Assembly (NCBI RefSeq): GCF_006345805.1
Contig: NC_043015.1
Span: 7,998,001 to 8,062,000, forward strand
Direction: 5' to 3'
DNA length: 64,000 nt
DNA from: Octopus sinensis
Taxonomy: Eukaryota
Of the stretch, positions 50,124-62,911 are shown piece after piece. Positions within the stretch are counted from its first letter, which is position 1. Each line of letters opens with the position of its first letter. Under the pieces are notes generated by a model. That model did no database searches and was not told where the DNA came from. It worked only from the letters and a program-made list of their open reading frames with translations. Position numbers and translations under genes: made by a program.

Positions 50124-53100
50124 AATGTTGCTACTAATGTTGCCAGCGTATCTGTAATGTTATCAGCATTGAAAACAAATTTGCCAATTTGTTGAAAATA
50201 CACAACGATTTATAAAACGATTTTGTCCTCCCTTCGATTTATTTACCTGTTAGAACTGCCTAATTTACTCCCACATCTCTTACTACCATATTAGGATAAA
50301 TATAGTCTCCTACAAAAAACTATCTCGGAGGAAGCAGAAAATCATTTCAGGTTAAAAGTTTGAACAATGAAGATTGTTTCCCATATTGAGTTGAACGTTC
50401 AAGATTTCGGAAGTGCATACTATATTAAGCAAATTTAAGGCTACAGATCTTTGTTCAACTCAAAATAACATACTATTTTATTTCTTTTGTCTTAGGCTTG
50501 TTAAGAAAATATATTATCAACTAAGTATTTTTTTGGATGCTTCATCCTTATAAAATATATGTAACAAAATGGGCTCCTGTTAAATACAACATGTAGCCGT
50601 GGGTCCGTAGAAATAGTGTCGAGAACACATCAGGGTTTATTGTAAAAACATAATATAAAAACCGTTATTTATTTAACATAATACATAACATGAAATCTAT
50701 TATGTTTTGCCTATGTTGCGGAAATTACGAATATAACAGCAGCTATTTTTTTTATTTCCCCTGGCAAAGTGCTGTATCCGAAAAGTTAACATTTTCTTCC
50801 TCAGCTTTATTTAAAACACATATAATAGCACAGGGTATTTCAAATACTTTCTAATATAGCACAAGATAGTTCAAATTCTTTCTCTTCTCTTTCTTGAAAA
50901 AGTATCATTTGTTCGAATCGTTGATTACTATTCTTTACAAGTAAAGATATCTTCACATTACCTACACTAAAAATTGGTTACTATAGAAGGAATGCTGATC
51001 ATAAGTAAGTTTAATCCGTGAACTACCCAATAACAGGTACAGTTCTATGAAGTAAGTGAAAGAAACTGCTCATAATTTGTTGCCATGAAACAAGATGTCT
51101 TCTACAACAGTAGAATAATCTTTCGAACCTAAACAGTGAAGCTACAATTAATTAATTCAATTGTTTAGTGGAAAAATTTTATGTTGAATCAGAGATCAGA
51201 TTTAAATAGCTCTGAATAGTAAATCAGTGAACAAAACGCCTTTCTGTATCTCTCTTTCTTTCCCTTCCCTTCTCTGTCTTCCACCTCTGTCTCTCCCTCG
51301 TTTGCGCCATTGGTATTCAAATCTTTAAAATCGACTTTCCATCCTTTATACGTTACTAGTTCTCCATTGTAGCTTTGAGGACTGGGTTGTCTCATTGGAT
51401 AATATATATATAAAATCGATTACAGTTCTTGGATTGGAAAATAATATAGACAGCAGTATTTTGCTTTGCTGTATCTAATTTGCTACCTAACGATTTTTTC
51501 ATCAAATCCCAAATGGGTTGACTTACCCTTTTATGTCAGATGAGATAATATAATAAACCATGTAGTAATTTACTCGTATCAAGTCAATGGATCAATAGCT
51601 TCTAACTAAAAGTTTATTTCACCCAGAAAAACTAATCAATATAATCGGTTAACTCAAAAATAAAGCCATGGCATCCGCTCTTTGCCTAGCAGCCCTATTC
51701 TTCTTAAATTACCAAATGATTTTTGTCTTCTTCTATGGATTTTATCTACTTTATCTTGAATTCGTTATTTGTTTCGATCACGTGTTTGTATGACATAAGT
51801 GTACATGTATTTCCTACGCTTCAAGGGAAGTTGTTTTAATGCAAAGAGTAACCATATGATCAAATATAATACATTTTAAGAATCGTTGGATTTTAGTCTT
51901 GAAATTATCATCGATTCTATATAAACCGTGTGTGGTAAGTGTTTAAAATGTGTAAATACAAAAAAAAACTCTAGTATGATTTAATAAAAAAATACTTGAA
52001 ATAAAACTAATGTTTTTGTTTTTCGAATTTCTTTTCCTCTCTTAACGAAAAGCTTTTATCTACAGATTGATCAGATAAGGAAGGACAAAACCAATAATAT
52101 TTTAAAGAAGACTCCCGTGTCTTGGAAGGAGAAAGGGTTATATAATTTATTTTTCTCACATGAGACGTACAGTTCGAATGCGTTCAACAGTATGAAATCT
52201 TCTAAAGGCGATTCGTGTTTAATCGAATGATGGATTAATCCTATGACCAGATACGAAGTAACATTCACCTGGCAGACACCAATACCATTTCTGTGCCCAA
52301 AATTCACTTCCCAGTATTGACTCGGTACGAATTTGCATTTTGTGTCCTGAGAGTTTGATGTCAAGTACTTAGCCACAGTAACTTGACTGCAACAGTATTA
52401 TGAAATAGAATCGGCATTTCGATTTATTCTTTTTGTTGTTATTACTATTGATGGCCTTAATATAATTGCTTCAGATTTAGGTACAATGAAAACAATTTTT
52501 TGAGTCGATTTTATAGTAATCAGTATTTGACAAGTACATTAATTTATCGAATGAGATGTCAAATTTAACTCCCAATCATCTGTCGATTTGCTGAATCGCT
52601 ACAGGGTCGGATAAAGTGAAATGCTTTAAGTGGTCAGAATTTTTAACTTCTGATTTCGAATTTCTTTGCTGTTCATACATTTCTGTCGATGAAATAAAGT
52701 ACATCTGAATGACCAGGTTGCAAATAATTGCAGAGACATTGAAACAATTTTTTTTTTTGGTGGGGGGCATGGGTTAGCACAATCCTTAGAGCGTCGAACA
52801 ACATACAACGCGGTGTTATGTTCCGAGTAAAAAACTGGGCGAGATCAGTTTTGCTTTTTATCTTTTATGATGTTGATAAAGAGCCAGCAAATATTGAGTA
52901 AGATATAATATATTAACACTTACTCTTCAATTTGGATCATTGTTCTTATATTAGAAACGTGCTTTATTTTTTATTTGGATCTTTTCCATCTCATTGAAGT
53001 ATTCAAAATATATTTATGCTAATCACTATTTTCTGCTATGCATTTCGCAAGGTATAAGTCAAGTCCTAGAATATAGTTGGTAGGAAAGATCAAATTTTCT

Positions 53101-54937
53101 TCTATAAAATTAAGTGAAACAAAATATTAAAACACACTTCATTACATTCAGTGTAGAAAACGAGCAAGGTCTCAGTACATGTCCTTAACGATGTAAGCAT
53201 TGATGCATAAAGAAATACTTGTCTTTCTATAACAAATAGCTTTTTATATAAACCTGTATTCAAACATTCGTTTTCGGATACATCATCATATATTAAAAAA
53301 TATAATTAGTCACACGTAATTATCAAAAATACTATAAAATCAAACTTTGAATATATTCACGTAATTTATTCACGTAAACTTTGAAATATGTTTATACTAT
53401 AAATGATACACAAAACCGCGACTATCGCAAAATCAGTAAATGTGTCTCCCACGATTATCAGATATGAAACAATTCTTGTTGGTTATTCGTTTACTAACAC
53501 AATTATTGATTTCTTTATTTTACCTTTCGGAAACTTTCACGTTGTGGTTCATATTATCTCACTGGTATTTGTTTTACATGAAAAAATATATTTCATTTGA
53601 GTCTTTGTACTGTTTATTAGATTACTTTTGACACAAACATTTGACTATTTTTGCTTGAAAATTATGCTTGCAATATAGGGGTGTATGGGTTGTATATGTT
53701 TCTGGCAGTATGTCTTTAAGAATGTCCGTGTGTGTTTATCCACGTGTGATACAAGATATTTATAGCATCATCCAGTGCTTTATATTATGCCAACATATAT
53801 TTTATCCCATGTACTTTTTTTTTTTCTTCATTTGAATAATATAATATTATTTAGCATGTTAAATTTTTCCCCTTCAAATAACACTATTACTGGGAGGTCG
53901 GTTGATGTTCCAGTATTTTCTTTGTATTAGAAATTAGAATGTTTTATTTAGCATCTCTTTGCTTTGCTGAGAGGTTTAATTTTGTGTCTAAGTTATTATC
54001 TGGGCGTGGTGGATCTCTGCGTGTGGAAAGAAGATACGGGCGCCTGTTGTCATCATCGTTTGGATGGGGCTGCTGGTAATACAACGCAATTTTTTTTCTT
54101 CTGCTATAACTAAGAAACGAATTGCAGAATCTATTTAATTGAATTATTTAAGATGTAAAGAGCAACAGTGTAAAAAGGTAACAAACAGAAATTACACACA
54201 CACACAAAGAAAGAGAGAGAGAGCGAGAAAGAGAGAGAGAGACATATATATATGCAGATAAAACGGGATGGGAGGCGAAGAACCTAAAACAGGCGAGAGA
54301 GGAAATGAAATGAAATAAGTGACATAAGAATGGAAAGGGATATTTAACTGGATAATTGATGCTTCTGGTCTAGACTGCTTTAAGACGAGATACTTGAATT
54401 ATAATAAGTTGGTAATGGTATTTATTTTTATGTTTGTACAAAGTCAAATCTCACATGTTTAATGTAGTGTATACAACGTGTAGTATGCAATTCGGTGTGT
54501 ATGCATTAAAACCTATGTGTGTGTGTGTGTTTTCGTGTGAATGTGTGTGTTTGTATGAATGTGTGGTTTGCGTGTCAGTGTAACTTACATATGTTTATAA
54601 TAAAGGTTTCAAAATATTTGGCACAATCCCACACATTTGCTGGGATAAGTGAGTGGTTTTATTTATTTTGTGTAACATTTTGTGAACAACAGAGTTTTGG
54701 GATACTTACACCAGAAAAGATTAATGCATTGTTCTTTGAATTTATAATGTCTAGGTAAAGAATTAAACGGCTCTTCATCTCCAGGCCAGCATAAGAATTT
54801 TTTTCCTATTTTTTGAAATTCAAAGGGTTGTTTTCGGTAATCCAGCTACTGGATGTATTTTTCACAATGTTCAGCCGAAATATACACGCACGGACGTGTC
54901 AGAGGATGAACATGTAGAGGTATTATGAAAACAGCAT

Positions 54938-55169
54938 AAGGCGGCGGGCTGGTGGAAACGTTAGCAAGCCGGACGAAATGCTTAGCAGTATTTCGTCTGC
55001 CTTTACGTTCTGAGTTCAAATTCCGCCGAGGTCGACTTTGCCTCTCATCCTTTCGGGGTCGATTAAATAAGTACCAGTTACGCACTGGGGTCGATATAAT
55101 CGACTTAATCTTTTTGTCTGTCCTTGTTTGTCCTCTCTGTGTTTAGCCCCTTGTGGTAGTAAATATAAG
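54938..55169 (+). mobile_element. Family C SINE with TSD
   Basis: Full-length copy. 16-bp TSD ATTATGAAAACAGCAT at 54922-54937 and 55170-55185. Confidence 0.92.
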
Positions 55170-56395
55170 ATTATGAAAACAGCATGATACGAATCCTATT
55201 AAAAGCATTTCATAAGCAGAAAAGGCGGAATGACCGAGGGACAATTCAGTGATAAAAACAAAACCAGTGCAACCTTATACACGTCTAAAATGCTATACGT
55301 AAAAAAAGAAAAACAGAATGACCGCTAAACAACACTGGAATAACTTTTTGCGCCTAGTCACATCAGCTTCCAGTCAGAGAGATCATTGGAGCAGTGCACA
55401 TCTAAGAAGTAATACTCGAGTGCATTATGAACAAAAATAACGTATTACGTGATTAAAAGATGTTCCAAAAATCAACCCCAATCCCGACGTAAATGGCAAC
55501 ACGAAAACTACTAGTAGTAACATTTCAATAACAATAATATGAAGATGAAAAAAAGGCAGCAGAGTAGATGTTATATTTGAGAGAATGACCGAGGCAAAGC
55601 ACACTTCTGCCTTTCTCTCTCGCAATTGTCCCAGTCTCTCTCAGACGCTCACACGTGTGTGTGGATTAGATCGTGCACTGGTGCGTGATAAACACACAAC
55701 AGCAAAATCCATAGGAAGAAGTGATAAAAATAATAGCAACGTTTTGACAATAGCGACAATGAATAGAGTAATCCGGTATGCAAACGCATATATCTTAATT
55801 TTGTACGTACTTACATGTCATGTGTACACATTGCAAGTATCTGGTCCAATACATACATACGTAACTATGTGTGAGTTAGGCTGTCTGTTACGCATCTGTG
55901 GCTCTACATGCAGGATTTGATAGACAGAAAAACAGATTATGTCTTCTTTTTCTGTGCATATAAATTCTATTACCCGTTCAGATATATTTGTGATATTTCT
56001 TTTATGAATAGATAAAATTTTGTCAGGAGATTATCTTCCAGATTTGTCTGCATAAAAGCAATAAAGCTCATGTTATAACTTTGTACATGCACTTGGACAG
56101 ACAGACCAGTCTGTAAGGGCATTCACATTTTTATTAGCAATGAAAGGAAAAACCGTCTATTCTGATAATATAGGTGTTTAAAAGTTGCCATTGCAATTGT
56201 TATTTTGCGCATGACCATCTCGGTACTCAAGCTACCATAGGTGACTATATACAACATGGGTAAGACTACCTCATCAAACTCGCCTATTTATTTTAAAATT
56301 TGGTAGGTAGTGAGATCAAAAAAGATTTAAATGCTATTTAGACATGAAGAGCTAACACATGTAGGAGTGCGGGTTGGCCGACATCTATTATTTTA

Positions 56396-56587
56396 TTCTT
56401 TTACTTGTTTCAGTCATTTTGACTTCGGCCATGCTGGAGCACTGCCTTTAATCGAGCAAATCGACCCAAGGACTTATTCTTTGTAAGCCTAGAACTTATT
56501 CTATCGGTCTCTTTTGCCGAACTGCTAAGTTACGGGGACGTAAACGTACCACCATCGGTTGTCAAGCGATGTTGGGCGGACAAACAC

Positions 56588-56641
<54 letters not shown>

Positions 56642-56790
56642 GACGGGCTTCTTTCAATTTCCGTCTACCAAATCCATTCACAAGGCTTTGGTAAGCCCGA
56701 GGCTATAGCAGAAGACACTTGCCAAGGTGCGACCCAGACCCATGTGGTTGGTAAGCAAGCTAGTTACCACACAGTCACTCCTACATCTAT
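56396..56790 (-). mobile_element. Family B SINE
   Basis: Collinear copy with a small deletion in the head; internal (TACA)n(TA)n tract. Confidence 0.88.
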
Positions 56791-57282
56791 GTTTGTATTT
56801 AAGTAACTCGCATGTACACTGACATATGCACCTATTTTATGTATGTGTGTGTGCGTGCGTTCATGCATACGTGTAAGTATGCATATTTCATTAGGTGCGT
56901 GAGTGTAAAGGTATACGTTCGCACATCATACAACTGGAGATCTAGTGAAGCAACAAACCTTCGTTATTGCATGTCAAGGAGATATATCATTAAGAATATG
57001 TAACACGGTTAGTACAGTAATTGAAAGAAAGTACAGAATAGCTCAGTCATCCCGTAAATATTATGCCTTCAAATTCTGTGAAGGTTTGTGTTGTAACTAT
57101 ACACTGGTTTCAGTTAGCTTTTTAACGCGACGGCAGTGAAAGTTAATACATTCAATGCTCTCTTAAATTTTCATATATGATGAGAATGTATGCGTATGTA
57201 TACACATATTTTTATATACATGCACTAAGGTATAGATATAGGCGCATTCATAATACATACATATATATCTGTGTGTGTGTGT

Positions 57283-57320
<38 letters not shown>

Positions 57321-57496
57321 TGTGTATGTGTGTGTGTGCTTTATTATTAAACAAGAATGTTGTTGAGAGTGACATCGAAGTTTCAGCGGGATAAAGTTCT
57401 TTAAGAATAATATATTTGAATTCTACAAACATACTGAGAAACCCGTCAGATTAATGTGTAACGTTCTTTTTATTATAGCTGATCATAAAATGAAAA

Positions 57497-57568
<72 letters not shown>

Positions 57569-59601
57569 TTGGAGATATTACAAAATAAATATATATTAAG
57601 TATATATATGTTAGTCCATATGTATGTGTGTTTGTATGTGTATGTATATATATATATATATATGAATTTGCAGACGTATTACAAAATTGAGTATATATAA
57701 ATATATATATATGTATATAAAGTGAAAGAGAGAGAGAGAAAGGGGGAGGTAGAGAAGGAGAGAGTGTGTGAGTGCTTATGGGCTATTAGAGATATGAATG
57801 ATCGAAATTTAGTCGAATTTATATTTACGCTACGAAAGGGAAACATTAATGAAAAAGTAAAAATGAAAAAAATTAGACTTTTTTCCTGCTATTATTTCCT
57901 TCTCTAAGTTGCATCACAACGTAAATCTAAAACGATGTTGCACATTGCCCTTAAAATTATCTCACGTTTAACGATGATACATTTTTCCTCGAAAAGTCTA
58001 TGATGTATTTGATTACCCTTTATAGTTGTATATTCAAAGGTTTGGTTCGAAACCCGATGCATCCAAGCGTGCAATTGTATATCCAAGAAAGATTGATTGT
58101 CCTTTTGTTATATTTTTCGATTAGATTTTTTCCTCACTTTTATTATATATATTTTCAATACAGTCCAATATATTTCCTAGTTATATTTTAACTGAATCTG
58201 TCCGCTCTTAGCAGCAAGACGGTTTCATTCTATACCCCTCTCTCTCTCTCACTCTTTCGCTGTGTGTATATCTACATATATTGTTTTATTCTTTATTCGT
58301 ATTACTCCCAATAATTGGCGTTTGAACATATGAGCAAGGGCACCATTTTTATTTCGGCTACCATATCGCTAGCGTACACAATTATCCACACACACTCACA
58401 AATATATATTCGAATCAACTGACATGAATGCATTACATATGCAAATCTGATTTTCTTGTAAGCTTTGTGAGTCGATCAGCCGTGACCCCTTTGATTATCA
58501 ATATGGTTTCCTGGAGATATCTCGAATTTGGATTGCAACGAAAATATTTTTTAAATGGTTGGCTGATGCATTTTTCACGAAAATATTATATATATAATGA
58601 AACTCAACCCATTCTATACGTATTCCATTCTGTGTATATGTGTATATCTATAGCTATGTATTTATCTCTCTCTATATGTGTGTGTGTGTGTGTGTGCAAT
58701 TTTTTGAAAATTAGGAATATCCTGTAATACACTACACATGATCATATACGTACAGGTGCTCTAAACTATGTTGAGCTTCATCAATATACGCCGGATAATG
58801 AGTTTACAACAGAGAGACATGTAATTATAATACACATATGGCGCTATGAAACAAAGAATGGCGCTGATGCCGCTTAGAAAGCATCAGCATCACGTGACCT
58901 TAGCTGAACAATGTATCTCCTTTCAAGCAAGCGTCTTTGAATGCAAACATTTCATGAGAAGGACGTATATCACACAACTGCCTCACATAGAACAAAGTCA
59001 AACTGCCATTAAATTCAATCAATTACGTATAGTGCTACTTACATTTATTCATCTAATCATATATGCGAAAACGTGTATAAATGTATGTATGTATATAACC
59101 GACCTGTCTTGATTTCGTTCAGTGTATCCATATAGCTAGAGGTACAGGGGATATAGAAATATCTAAAATGGGGTATGTATGTATTTCTACATAATGAGTT
59201 GTTTATTAGTAATATAACTTTGGTATATATCTCTTACGTTGCTACTCCTCGGTTTTATATATCTTCAGCTGGATATTTCTTTCTCAAATTCTGAATATAT
59301 ATTTCCACATAGATACTCTGAGAGAATTAGTTAGCTTTTCATGTTGTACCAAATATCTCAAACGCTGTCTCTTATTTACTAAATCGCCAATTTAAAAATT
59401 AATTCTGATTCAAATATTTATCTTTCAAACACTATAAATTTACCCACAAATTTATATAGCTGTACGCTTTCTGACATGCATAAAACTAATAAGTAAGAGA
59501 GATCTATAGCAAAATTGGACTAGCATCCTAGCAACAGTGTACTTACAATACAAGTCAATACATTGAGGCAAAGATAATTTTATACGTGTGTGTGTGTGTG
59601 C

Positions 59602-59635
<34 letters not shown>

Positions 59636-59640
59636 CAATA

Positions 59641-59965
59641 ACGATAAACGATTAACGTCGCGCTTTTCAAGCTTAGCCAGGCTCATGGGCCCAGTTTCCC
59701 GGTTTCTGTGGCGTATGTGTTCCCCCCAGCTGAACGGGACGCGAGTTCATCGCAGCGTTACTCCAGAAACAGGAAGAGAGAGTAAGAGAAAGTTGTGGCG
59801 CGAAAGAGTACAACAGGGGTCGCTACCACCCCCTGCCGGAGTCTCGTGAAGTTTTTAGGTGTTTTCGCTAAATAAACACACAGAACGCCTGGTCAGGGAA
59901 TCGAAACCGCGATCCTCCGACCGCGAGTCCGCTGCCCTAAACACTGGGCCATTGCGCCTCCCCAC
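59641..59965 (-). mobile_element. Family A SINE variant with an alternative 3' tail and TSD
   Basis: Same tRNA-Arg-like head and central domain as 541-926; tail related to that of 47664-47962. 13-bp TSD GTGTGTGGCAATA at 59628-59640 and 59966-59978. Confidence 0.88.
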
Positions 59966-60209
59966 GTGTGTGGCAATAGTAATATCTAAGTTTCCACTCC
60001 ATTTACAAGGCGTGTTTATGCAGGTGATACGCTGTTGGTATAATCGTATATAAATGTAGACATTTTTTTCGCAGTGCTGAAGTACGAAATGATCGTTCCA
60101 TAGAGCGTTAATATATAGAGCTGCGTTAATGAACAGAACTGCTCTACCGATGTCGTCTCAATGTTACTGGGGAGCAGCAGGTCGGGATATATGTGCAGAG
60201 AGGTGTGTA

Positions 60210-60250
<41 letters not shown>

Positions 60251-60469
60251 CCTTCTCAGAATTGAATTTCCTAGGTTTTCTCAAACAGACCTTGATTCAG
60301 CAACATGCAATAAAAAGCACATCGCACGCACCCACATATGTGTGTGTTTTGAAGCGTGTGTGTATATATACCTATCTAAATCCACACATACTCACACATG
60401 CAGATAGGACATTATATTTATATATCTATATTTATATATCTATATTTATATATATATTTATATATCTAT

Positions 60470-60689
60470 CTCCGTCGGTTACGACGACGAGTGTTCCAGT
60501 AGATACGATCGACGGAACAGTCAGCACATGAAATTAACGTGCATGTGACTGAGCACTCCACAGACACGTGTACACTTAGCGTAGTTACCGGGGAAATTCA
60601 GCGTGACACAGAACGTGACAAGGCTGGCCTTTTGAAATACAGGTACAACAGAAACAGAAAGAAAGAGTGAAAGTTGTGGTGAAAGAGTA
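60470..60689 (-). mobile_element. Family A SINE, 5'-truncated 3' half
   Basis: Matches positions of about 548-775 of the first copy (CTCCGTCGGTTACGACGACG...GAAATACAGGTACAACAGAAACAG); no tRNA head. Confidence 0.82.
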
Positions 60690-60821
60690 TATATATAAAC
60701 GGGATAAATAAATATAGATGCAAAAACATTTCTACAGACAGATTGGGAGATAGACAGAAATATGCCGACAGATTACTATGTAACATCTAGGTACGTTATT
60801 GCCATGGTTTATATATATATA

Positions 60822-61965
60822 CTAGCATTATGATCCAGCGTTGCCGTGTCTTGGTGCTAGTTTGGTATAAATTTGTTAAATTAAAAATTTGGGGTAATAA
60901 AACTTACAATGATATATTAAAAAGACGAATTAAAATTCAAAAAGAAAAATACATAGAAGATAGATATACAAATTTACAAAAATACATAAAAGTTCATCTA
61001 CGGGCCGTTTCGGAGATGCACCAATTAATATGAAACATATCATATATTTAAAATTGACACTCCCCTCATCAGGACGTTTTTACACACAATACATAGTACA
61101 CGGAAACAAATGCACAATTACATACCTGCTACATGCGAAAGACCAGAAATTACGTACTCACAAAAATTCTCATAGATACTGAATGCTACTCTATAAGCAT
61201 ATAATTCAATCTAGCAGCTATAGTAAATGGTATGCGCACATATCCATCTGGACTAATTCACTTCTCTACCCAATTAAATTTTTCATCTTTTAATTTCTCC
61301 CATTCATGCAAAGCCACATATTCGAGTTCAAGTCCTTGATACATTTTATACTAATTGCTATTTTTTCTTTTAATTGTTATATTACGATGTAATTACCATT
61401 TTGATAAAATAAAATATATTTAATTACTACTTACTATATTTAATTCAATTGTTATTATTATCTCTAGCTTTTATTGCAATTTATATTTCTAAATTCCTTA
61501 TGGAACGTCGAGTGGATCTTATGCGTACAATATAACAATATATTTTTGTATGATGTTTATATATTTATATATTACTATATATTTCTAAACGTCGGGCTTT
61601 ATGTCTGTTCTGTAGATATATATATGAATATATGTATGTGGTTGATCTTTCTGCGGATTTTTTAATGTTCTTGTAGTTGCTGCTCGCATTGCCTCCCCTC
61701 GGATTAAAATGTGTATACAGCTAATTTGAACACTGCTATTCCAGTCTGTTATATATTTTGAGCGTTGTTTTTGTTTCACTTTTAACACCTAATACTGAAA
61801 TAGTGGAGAAGATATGATATTGCTGTGGGCTCGCTCTAGGTAAGAAGTTAAACATTTTTGTTTTGCCCATGACACTACATGGAATGAAATTGGTTGCGTA
61901 GTTCTTAATTTTAGGGAAACACACAGACAGACAGACACACATTCTCAGTTTTATATATATAGAGA
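60822..61965 (-). mobile_element. Probable non-autonomous Helitron-like element
   Basis: On the minus strand: host A | TCTCTATATATATAAAACTGAGAATGTGTGTCTGTCTGTCTG... at the 5' end (61965), and ...CGGCAACGCTG (short hairpin) + 10 nt + CTAG | T at the 3' end (60822). This fits the Helitron TC...hairpin-CTRR signature, insertion between A and T, and no TSD. The two ends could belong to different elements. Confidence 0.55.
60995..61076 (-). ncRNA. Type I hammerhead ribozyme candidate
   Basis: Minus strand: CGTC-CTGATGA-GGGGA-(AT-rich loop of about 44 nt)-TCTCC-GAAAC-GGCCC-GT-A-GATG. Core intact, GUA cleavage triplet, stem I 4 bp and stem II 5 bp (each with one G.U pair). Confidence 0.55.
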
Positions 61966-62417
61966 TAATCAGACAGACACACACGACGTACAAATATGTA
62001 TATTTGTGTATTTGTGCGTCTTTGAGGTTGAGGTTGTGTGTATATAGCATAAATACACTTCATACTGCCAGATTGAAGAATGCATCAAGTTGTGCATTAT
62101 AGTTTCATATTGATTTTATTTTCCTACAGAATTATATTGGAATTTCTTACCTAAATCTCAGACAGTATTAAGTCTACACGTGTGTACATCCCACTTTAGC
62201 TATAAACTCAGTAGTACGACATAATGTTCGCTTCTCACACACACTGACTGATAATATATATACTAATGATTTCAAACAGAGATAGATCTCAAGCTTCTTC
62301 TTAGATAAATTGTCCCTTGGTATTTGACTGCTTCCTCATTTCATTTAACCAATATTTCGAGTAGGTCGAACATAATTTGAAATAAAAACTATATATGAGT
62401 TTACCTATATATATATA

Positions 62418-62450
<33 letters not shown>

Positions 62451-62461
<11 letters not shown>

Positions 62462-62777
62462 AAATTAGAGACAAAACCACTATTATGCAAATCAAACAAA
62501 GAAGGACTTAAGCCAATACATAAAAAATTTATATACAAAATAATAAATTTAGGGAAACACACAGACAGACAGACAAACATTCTTAGTTTTATATATAGAG
62601 AGAGATAATCAGACAGACACACACGACATACAAATATGTATATTTGTGTCTTTGTGCGTCTTTGGAAGATTATTCATTTGTTAAATTTTAATTATATAAA
62701 TTTTTTATGTATTGGCTTAAGTCTTTCTTTGTTTGATTTGCATAATAGTGGTTTTGTCTCTAATTTATTATAATATA
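62451..62777. repeat. 85-bp inverted repeat enclosing a copy of nearby sequence
   Basis: 62451-62535 and 62693-62777 are reverse complements with 1 mismatch. Spacer segment 62546-62664 duplicates 61907-62024. Confidence 0.92.
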
Positions 62778-62857
62778 ATATTTTATTATAAAATTGGATT
62801 CGATCTTAAATCTGATTTTTCCTTGTAAATTTGGATTTATTCCCTAATATTTATTAT

Positions 62858-62893
<36 letters not shown>

Positions 62894-62911
62894 GCACATA
62901 TATACAATCGC

